Shown here one piece after another: positions 1-9,505 of a DNA stretch of 64,000 nucleotides. Position 1 is the stretch's first letter. Each line of letters opens with the position of its first letter. The stretch lies in NCBI GenBank assembly GCA_977030845.1, contig OZ365109.1, forward strand, positions 58,962,001 to 59,026,000, given 5' to 3'. The stretch is from Fimbriosthenelais zetlandica. Its lineage: Eukaryota. The notes under the pieces are model-generated. The model was given only the letters and a program-made list of their open reading frames with translations. It did not search any database and was not told where the DNA came from. A program made the position numbers and the translations under genes.

Positions 1-34
1 TGTAGGCCTTACCACAAGGCCGTGCACTAGTCAG
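1..34 (+). other. Probable 3' end of an RGP1 5'-UTR exon
   Basis: Consensus donor CAG|GTAAGA at 32-40 and a strong acceptor (tttgttttaattccag) ending at 1213, two nt before the RGP1 ATG. No transcript evidence. Confidence 0.45.
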
Positions 35-333
35 GTAAGACACTAATCTAAATATTACGGAAATATCTGCATTTAATCAAATATAATGTTTTTGTTGGGA
101 GACAAATTATTTGTTTATCCCACCACTCAGTCCACTGCCTGGATCATGGATGCACTGCCACTGGCACTGTCGCCCAGTCTCAGTCACTTTCAAGTTTCAG
201 TACGGTCGCGGCCGCCCCACAGGCTCAGTGACTACGGCTTCTACGGGGGAGGGACAAACTACACTGCCACCCACTTAAACTGAACTTCTAACGTTATGAA
301 AATGAAAATTTGTTCAAAGTATGTATCGGGGTG

Positions 334-450
334 GAATGGTTGGCTTGTAGCTCTTCCGACTAAACTACCCCCACCCACTCTTTGCCTCTCCAATACACAC
401 ACCAGCTACGATCAGTAACAACCCCCCCCCCCCCCCCCCCCAACCTACTA
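334..450. repeat. Dispersed repeat, copy 1, with a C20 tract
   Basis: Shares GAATGGTTGGCTTGTAGCT, ACCAGCTACGATCAGTAACAAC (401-422) and CAACCTACTA, in the same order, with 49562-49734. Confidence 0.75.
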
Positions 451-550
451 CATGTAGTAGTACTGTACCACTTGGAGCCTCTGCTGTATGTATGGGAATG
501 GGACCCGAGGCGAATATTTTGTCTACATAATGTGTAGGACTATGTCACAC

Positions 551-579
551 CATAGATAATAGTAGAACTATTATCTATG
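551..579. repeat. 29-bp palindrome flanked by a 7-bp direct repeat (mini-MITE or footprint)
   Basis: CATAGATAATAGT-AGA-ACTATTATCTATG is a perfect 13-bp stem. GTCACAC is repeated at 544-550 and 580-586. Confidence 0.65.
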
Positions 580-1215
580 GTCACACTGAGTATGACTATG
601 AGTATGACATCTGCATGAGTACTATTGGACAAAGCTAAGCCCAGACTTGAACCCCGATCTCTCAACCCTCCCCACACTGTCCCCTCTATTCCTAACACCC
701 CCTCCTCTCCACTGCCCACTGGTCAGCCACAATCACTGGTGCAGGGTTAAATGACAGGGGTCAAAATCTAGGAACGATCATTAACAGAGTGGCCAATAAT
801 CTAACGGCAGTTGTGATTGAATGGGGTTATATCATGAGGGTGCCTACTTTTGCTCTTTTATAGTGAGCACTGTCTCACTGGGGTATCTTACCGCAGGCAC
901 CTGACATGATATCTCACCTAGTCACATTATACTGCCACCGGGTTGACTACGCAGTCCTCGTACTATCCTCTATTCGCTGAGTGCCTAGCCTATATGATCG
1001 GCCCCTTCTAGGGATACACAGGCCCCACCCATACGGAATATAGGGAGGGATACTCTATCTACCATGAATAAAACTCACCTCATAATACTTGGATATTACT
1101 GCAACTGTTAATAGGCCTACACCTTGTGTTGTAATTATAATGATGGCTTAAAAAATTTTTTCTGTGGCTATAAATAATTTAAAATATCTTACTAATATTT
1201 GTTTTAATTCCAGAT

Positions 1216-4200
1216 ATGATACAGGTTACAGCAAAACTACCAGGTCGCTCTGTGTACCTGGCTGGTGAAACCCTAGAGTGTCAAGTCACCTTCACTAACA
1301 CTATACGAGTCAAGTCAGATGGCAGTCCTGCAAAGTACGTCCATTAAATGCAATTCTTTATCTTAGAATTAATTTAAACTCATGCTGGTATTGCATCTCC
1401 CTGAATTATTTTCGGAATTACATTATAACAATTTCTGGGAACAAATATTATGTTACAGATTAGCACAGGCAGCTGCTCTTGTCCCAGAAATTCAGTCAGC
1501 TGAAAATATCAATCCTTCAGTACTGGTATCAACAGCGGACGCCACACTAATAAATTCTGATGAACTAACCGAAGTTTCTAGTGATGAGTACGAGGAAAAA
1601 CAACTGAATTTTGCTCTTGTGTTTGTTCTTCCCGCACCGAAGAAAATGATTAATCCTGTCACCTGTGTGATTTTATTAATGGTTTCTTTGGTAGATGAAC
1701 TGCTTTTCATTGACAGATGTTATCAAAATTTTGAAGTGGATATGTTTGGTCTTAGATATAGATCTGGTCTGGTACATATTATGTCTTATGGTCACAGTTT
1801 AGTAAAACGCAATGCATTTCAAACATAGAATTTGATGTATAATGTTGACATCAATTACTTAAAGCAGAAAACAAGTAGAGCACGAGACTTGATCTTCTGT
1901 CTTCTTTTCTGCTTAGAAGTTCTCTGTTCCAGATGCACAATGAACTCGTTCCTATGTTCAAATATTCCTTTTATATATTCAAATATTTCACTCTGACATT
2001 AGTGACAGCATTGAGATAAAAAGTAAATATATATTATACCTAATTTAAAAGTGGGCAGACAGATATGGGTTAGATCCTGAGATGCCGGTACATTGATTGA
2101 CCGCTGGGGTATACACAAATTAAACCAGTATTTTCTCCAATTAATTGCCACATGCTATTTTAGGGGAAAAGCTGCAAAACTTGCCTGGGCTAGTGCTCAG
2201 ATCCACTGCCAGTGTTCAGTGAGTGAAGCCCGCATGTTTTTACCAAAGTCCACTCAGCTTTCTGCATCAGATGTGACCACGACTGGCAATGATACCTCTT
2301 TCATTCCTAGCAAAGGTAAGTTGGATCTTTAACATGATATTTTGTACCATAGTATGTTGAGACATTTATATGACTAAGAATAATTGGTATGTAAGCTATC
2401 CATTAAAATACTTGTGTATATGTTTCAATTATTATCAGGTTTTGGCCATCATCTCTAATAATAAAATTTAAATAATTGTGGTTTATTTAAGGTGAAAAAG
2501 GATGCACTGTTCTGGCGACCAAGCCATCTATTCTCTTCTGTGATTTGACATTGGCACCCGGAGAGTCTTATACACGTAAGTATATATATGGGTCATTCCA
2601 AAAAAAAGGGGACATTTGCCTCTCCAGCCCTGTGTGTGAGAACCCCTACATTTAGAATACTATTCTATTAACTTTTATGTAGGGCTAGGGTATCTCCCTC
2701 TCTGGAAAAAAAATATTTAATATACGATCAATACTTTTTCCCTGACATCACTTTATTTAATAAATGGTAGTTTACGAGATGCACACGTTCTATAGGTTTT
2801 CCCTCAGAAAAATTGCTTAAAGGTGACAAAATTATCTCTTTATTAGAGTGTTAGAATGGATGTCATAGAATTATGGTGAAAAAAAAGTGATCATTAACTA
2901 TTTAAACTATCTCTCGAGGGAAAAACCTATTTCCTGGCCAAAATGTGGTAGTTTACGAGTACTACTTTATCAATGGATAATTTATAAAAGCAAGAAGAAT
3001 AAGAAAAAACATTTGTTGTGGAGAAGGAGAAAGCTTAAAGGAAAAATCTACTTAGTTTAAGCAGGCAATTAAGCCGAGGGTTTTCCCACAATGGACGTTT
3101 ATGTGATGAAGATGACTTACCACCTATGGTAGTTTACGAGATGCATTTTCAGTAGTTTACGAAACACCCACCAGGTTGCTACATGCATGGACCTGGTGGT
3201 TGTTTTGTTTACTACCTCTCAACCTCCCCATAATCAACAACTAAAGGAAACCTTTGGACCATGAGTAAGTGAGATATTTCTCAATAAAAACAAATGATTT
3301 TGCTTGTGAACATGTCACTTCATGGTTATGATACATAAATTGATAACCTTTCTTTGGGACAATTTCATTTGTGATAATTGTGGTTTAGAAAAGCATGACT
3401 AGTGATGTTGCTTTGTGGGTGTCCTAAACCAGGTCAAATCACCAATGGCATAGCTGAAACTATTGAAGAGAGTAACAGATTGGCCTTTGGGTATACCTAT
3501 TTAAATGGCCTGTGTTATCAAGGAATATAGGGTTATATTGGTCGATTTAATGCTAAAGTGTGTTTAGATTGGATTTATTTATCTTAATGGTTTCAATCGT
3601 GTATACATGTGACAAGGGGGATAAGTTCGTTGTCAGTGTGGGTAGTCAATACAGAGCCTGTAGGGACACAGGGTGTTTCCTGGGCACAGATCTGGCAAAA
3701 TTTTAGGTTTTATTCACAATAAATATAGCCTAGTAAAATATTAATGATATGCTCTTAGACTTATATGTGCAAGCTCAGCAAGACTTGAAAGGGTAGATAG
3801 GCATATTTTGGTCATTTTCTTATGAAAAGCCCTGAAGAATGTTATGATTCCATACAAAAATTTACAAATTTCGTAAACTACCACTGTATCTCGTAAACTA
3901 CTATTGTATCTCGTAAACTACCTTTTTACATTTAATTTAACCCATAGGAGGTGTGTAGAAAACCATGAGATGTCAATGTTTCAGTCAAAAGGCAACTTTT
4001 TTTCTGGCAAGTGTTTTTTGGGCCCAGAACTGGCAACATTTTAGGTTTTATTCACAATAAATTATATAGTACAAAATTAATGGTATGCTCTTATACAAAT
4101 ATGTGGGTTTCAATTGATAAAGACTAAGGCAGGTTCATGTTTTTCATGAAGCTTAATAAAAAAAAATCAGGTATTTAAATTCAAATGTGGGCCAACTGTG

Positions 4201-7200
4201 GGAGTAGTCATAGGCCTTTTCTATAATAGTTGGTTAGTTATCACCCATGCTCTCATAATGATGGTTTCTTGGGGTTATTTTGGACTATTCACTAGTAAAG
4301 AAAAGGGGATATGTTTAGAATATTAGATGTGGTGATCAAAAATTAAATAAGAAATATTACTCACTTTAATCAAAATTATTCAATAAACTTTAAATAAGGG
4401 TTAGAGGGAACAAGAATTTTGTCCATGGGAGGGAGCTAGAAATTTGTAAGGAACTTAGCAGGAGAAGCCGGCACCATGGAGGAAACTTGGGCCATGGGAC
4501 ATGAAATGTCACTTTCTGGCACTAACTGTTCTAAAATGTTTACAGTATTAAACTGTGGAGTAGACTACATCATGGAGTAGGCCTTATCTTCTTACAGCAT
4601 TTCAATTTAAATTCATAAATCCTGGTAGTTTATGAGATGTAAGTGGTAGTTTACAACAATCTTTGATTCAAAGAATATATTTCAGTTAATAAGAATTGTT
4701 TTATATCTGAGGTCAACTTTTCAATGCTGTTCAGGAGAATAACTTGAAGGCAAATTGTTTTAAGAATTAGATTTTGAGCTATTTCCATCTAATAAAGATG
4801 CCTTTTGACTGAAACATTGACAACTTATGGGTTTTTTACACCTCCTATGGGTTAAATTAAATGTACAAAGGTAGTTTACAAGATACAGTGGTAGTTTACG
4901 AAATTTCTTAATTTTTTTTTGAATAAAACCTAAAATGTTGCCAGTTCTGGGCCCAGGAAACACTTGCCAGGAAAAAGTTGCCTTTTCACTGAAACAGTGA
5001 CATCTTATGGTTTTTTCACACCTTCTATGGGTGAAATTAAATGCACAAAGGTAGTTTACGAGATACAGTGGTAGTTTACGAAATACAGTGGTAGTTTACG
5101 AAATTTCTAAATTTTTCTTTGGAATCATAACATTTTTCTGGGCTTTTCATAAGAAAATGACCAAAATATGCCTATCTACCCTGTCAAGTCTTGCTGAGCT
5201 TTATTTTAAAACAGATATCATACTGTACATCAGTTGTTAATTCATTTTGTCAAAACGAACTAAACAAATTATAAATGCTGATAAAATGTAATTCAACACC
5301 GAATATTTATTTGTGTCAAAAACACTTCAAATGGCTGATAGAAAACATATGGAAGCAGTATTTATCTATTGTAAGATTAAGCAAACTTTATAAATCCATA
5401 CAGTTCTATTTGTCCCTATAGGCAATGTGGACTGGACTGGTGGTAGTTTACGAGATACACAGATTTCATCCTCTGGCTAAACTCATAATTAAAACAAGAT
5501 TTTCAATGAGCTGTCAAGTTAAAGAGGATGATGTGTACTCTAGGTACAGATCAGTTCTTGCATCATTTCTAGTATATTCAAAAATCTACAGATTTTGCAA
5601 AAGAGTAAATTTTCTAATTCTCGTAAGCTGATTATTTGCAGAATTTTATCATGTGTTCTTTAATTCCCTAGCAGGATTCAGAATTTTTTTTCAATTATTT
5701 TCTGAAAGACAGGGGTGTCAATAACACAAATGTGAATAGCAAGTTTCCCAGCCATTCATAATTTGTTAGTAAAATAAGCTTATCTTATGCTATTACAGTG
5801 TACTCGTAAACTACCATGGAATCATAGACTCTTATCTTCTTCATATTTTTTTCATTGAAAGGAAAAGAGAATAAGGCATGTCATATATCAATTTGTTTCT
5901 CTTTACACGTACGTTAAACATATGCAAAGTTTCAGAAAGATAGAACAAATATGGAATTGGTGGTGGCTGTCCCCTTTTTTTTGGAATGACCCATATCTAC
6001 ATCTCTAAGTGTATGAATGGTCCTTCGTACAGATTTAACTTCTAATTGTTTTATTTTGAAATTACATCATTTTAAATTTTTTTTTTAATTTTTAGACACA
6101 TACCGTGAAACTATACCGCTTGAAGCTGCACCGTCTTTTAGGGGTACCTCCATCAAATATTCTTACAAAGTCACAATCGGGACACAGAGATTTGGTCATC
6201 CTACAAGACTACTTCGTGTACCCTTCAGAATCCTTATTGTACCAGGTAAGCATTCTCTTTATATAAGTCTTATTTCCATTTCAATTTATAATATTTTTTA
6301 TAATAATGCTTTATCCATTAATTTCGCAGGGATTTGAAATTATTTCCAATTTGCTTTTGTTTTTTTCTACCTATAAGTTAAATCAAGCACGCTAAGTTTT
6401 AACAGTGATGTTTCATTTAATTAATTAATTTAACCAAAAAATAATAGCATTTTGTGACCTATTTGTCAGCCATATTTTCATGCATCATTTTCATTTTTGC
6501 CGCACAGTTGAATATTTAGCCAAAGGTTAGTCGCACACTCAGTGTTGTCCTTTGGATTTTATAAATGGTTGTAGTAAATGGAGTCATGACCAACTATCCG
6601 CTATCATTTGATTGGCAGTGTCATTGTATTAGACAGATATCGTTCAGAAAATCGCAATTTTTGGATTGACCTTGGAGATGGACCCCTAACCAGATTTTCC
6701 CCCTCGATTTCTTTAATTTCTCATTCCTTTATTCTCATAGTGTCAAGCCACTTAGTCGAGCATGAATTTACCGTTGTATAATTGTAAAATACATACGGTA
6801 TTTAGTTAATTCTTGTTATATTTTCTCCAGCAAATTACAAAATTGATTACAAAAATGTAATAATGAATGTATAGAAATTGCAGTTCCACCACCGAATTCT
6901 CTAGAACGTGGAGCTGATATTTTCTCTAGTTATTTCCATGTAAACAGTATTTCTCTCTGTTTTCCAGGTCTTCACGACTTGAGTGTGTACAAGGATCCCG
7001 CCAATGAACTAAAACCTAGTAACCCGTTCTTACATGACCAAACACCTGAACCCTATTCTCTCCTCGAGGTGGCTCTGGAGGTCTTACAAACCATCACCTG
7101 TCGCAAAGGACCAAGTAATTCTCACATTTTATGCTATTATTAAAATTTATTCTGTCTTACCACCTGTAATACCATCGCAGTCATATAGGTCTAACATTTT

Positions 7201-8412
7201 AAATTAACTAGTATAGGTCCTAACGTGATCTATAACTATATGCCGTGTGTTTCTCTGAGAGAGCACTAGGGGTCAGTGGTGGGCTTACGCCAGCCCTTAG
7301 TAAGCCCAGTCGCTTCATCTCCACACACCTGCTTATAAATTGATCATTCATGGATTCTTTGAAAATAAAACTTATCAACTAATGATATATTTGTATCCAT
7401 TTCAGATTTTTACAACATTACAAACTCCAAAGGAAAAGTTGCTCGTTTCTGTCTATTTAAACAAGCTTATCGAATAGGCGATGATATCGTAGGCACCTGC
7501 GATTTCTCCGAAGCTACAATTCCATGTGTTCAGGTAGATACTACCTTTTTGCACACTTTATTTTATAATTTTAGATAAAAAAATATTCATTTAAAGAAAT
7601 CTTAAAATTATTCGTTAAAGAAATCGATATGCTAATCTGACTATTGTACAATATGTTCTGATATTAAAGATATTGAAATATGGTATGGTGAAACGTTAGC
7701 CTTGTTTTTAACCTTTCAGTTTTCGGTGACATTACAAAGTGAAGAGATCATAGCTGAGTCGTGTAGAAGGAAGACAACCCAGGGCACCACGGTCAACTCC
7801 CACAGTCGTCATCATGAGTTCTGTCTCCACACCAGCCAGTCTCACATCTCCGTACCTATCCCACTCACAGCCACACCTGGCTTCCAAACTGACCTGGGTT
7901 AGTTTCATCCTAATACAAAATGAATTCCATCATATACATTCAGAATTTTTTAATCATCTTACAGATTTAACTGGTTGCAAAGAACTACTCATATATAATC
8001 CAATTTACACCATGGTAGTTGGTCGTTACAAGATTTTAATTCAAAATTCGAAATATCGCAACAACAAAAAACCCAAAAAAACAGAATCCATGCATGTATT
8101 TCATTTCTCTTCATCTTCCAGGTTGGCCACTGCAGCCTGCCCATATTTTGTGAGTTGGAATTTGATGGTTATTTATCTTTCATTTCAGTGAGTTTGAAAT
8201 GGCGGTTACATTTTGAGTTTGTCACAGCTAAGAAAGCGTTAGCCGGGCCTGAGGAGCCACAGGGACCTGGTGACAGTATAACATGGACGGGACCGTCTGA
8301 GTTAGATGTAGAGACCATGGTATGGGATCTACCTATCAAAGTCTTCGCTACCAACCCACTACACGCTACCAGCGTCTCTTTACTCAGAATGGAAACCTCC
8401 TGCTCCGTGTAA
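1216..8412 (+). CDS. RGP1: RAB6A-GEF complex partner protein 2 (RGP1), 8 coding exons, 393 aa
   Basis: Exons 1216-1334, 2164-2315, 2492-2575, 6096-6245, 6968-7114, 7406-7533, 7720-7897 and 8189-8412 total 1182 nt. All introns are GT-AG with matching phases. Motifs MIQVTAKL..VYLAGETLEC, LAWASAQIHCQ, ILFCDLTLAPGES, PSFRGTSIKYSYK, VSLKWRLHFEFVT and WDLPIKV match RGP1 as I recall it. Confidence 0.96.
2590..5992. mobile_element. Non-autonomous TIR DNA transposon (3403 bp) in RGP1 intron 3
   Basis: Perfect 25-bp TIRs GGGTCATTCCAAAAAAAAGGGGACA (2590-2614) and its reverse complement (5968-5992), with ATAT on both sides. No transposase ORF. Internal repeated motifs and duplications. Confidence 0.9.
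3772..5200. repeat. Internal ~280-bp inverted repeat (3772-4053 vs 4921-5200) plus tandem partial duplications
   Basis: AGCTCAGCAAGACTTGA...GGCCCAGAACTGGCAACATTTTAGGTTTTATTC is reverse-complemented at 4921-5200. About 3682-3769 recurs at about 4021-4106, and about 4799-4920 recurs at about 4979-5120. Confidence 0.9.
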
Positions 8413-9277
8413 GCCCTATTTATTTTATCACTTTATATATTGAATGGTTTTAAAGTGGATGCCAAACTGTTTTTCGAGTCACATTAATAATTGTAAATGT
8501 TTCGCAGTTTTCATTGGAGAATCCAATCAACTGGCCATCAAGCGGTTTAGATATCCGTTATAATGACCATCGACTACTACTTTAACTTTTAAATGGACAA
8601 GAAGTGTTCTAGAAATGTGTTTTAACGCCAAAAAAATATTCTGTTATGGAAATCGATACGTATAATTGTATTTAATTAAAAGAATGGAATTTATTTATAA
8701 TGGACTGTTCTGCCTGTAAAAATCATGTTACTTTATTGAATGTAGATGGTCGGCCCAATAATGATGGTGAGGCCTGTGTATATAAAGAATATAAATAATT
8801 TACTAATGTTGAATGGAATGTTGGAATGGACGCACAAAAATGTTTATTCAGAAGTCTCTCAATGATGGAGATGGAGGAATGGATCCGTGGATTGACTAGG
8901 GGTTAGCTATACAATTCTATTTATTTTAGGGGATATATATTTTTATAATGGGTTTAATATATCAATGAAACAGTAAACTATCGCGGATATATTGTTTTGT
9001 GAAATATTGTACGGTATATTCTACGAATATATATAATATAATCTATGAAAAGCCTCCCACCTCATAGCAGGGATAATATATCTAACATCATATGGATATT
9101 AAATAGATTCTACCTTATAAGTATGGTAGTGCATACACATGTGCTTAATTTTAATATGAAACAAGGGTTATCTAGGAGGTGAACTATTGTGGACATGTAT
9201 ATACATCCGTTATAAAGGTATGAATGCTATCATATGCTACATGATATTTTGCCTGTGCTAATAACTCGATTAACGCC

Positions 9278-9283
9278 TTTATT
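9278..9283 (-). terminator. Candidate TPGS2 polyadenylation signal AATAAA
   Basis: First AATAAA on the - strand downstream of the TPGS2 stop at 9506. Confidence 0.4.
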
Positions 9284-9505
9284 CTTTTTTTTGTGTGTAT
9301 CTGTAATAATTGCCATGCTCTGACAGTATTGACATTGTATGCCTCAAAAAAGGAAGAAACTGATCGTGCATTTTTAAAATGAGTCCTTATGTTCTAAGAA
9401 TTCTATAGAGGACAGTCCTCCTCCGATATTTTGAAAATATCCTCAATATACAAATAAATTAATGTACAAATAAATTAAATAACTTCAGTTTCTAATCCTA
9501 CGTGA

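Noticed and set aside
3871-3922. 20-bp-period repeats resembling a CRISPR array (also 5050-5101)
   Set aside because: The units are near-identical tandem copies with no unique spacers, the context is eukaryotic, and there are no cas genes.
8413-9505. Overlapping 3' UTRs of convergent RGP1 and TPGS2
   Set aside because: The first + strand AATAAA (9453) would overlap, but ATTAAA at 8675 gives RGP1 an earlier signal, so overlap is not required.
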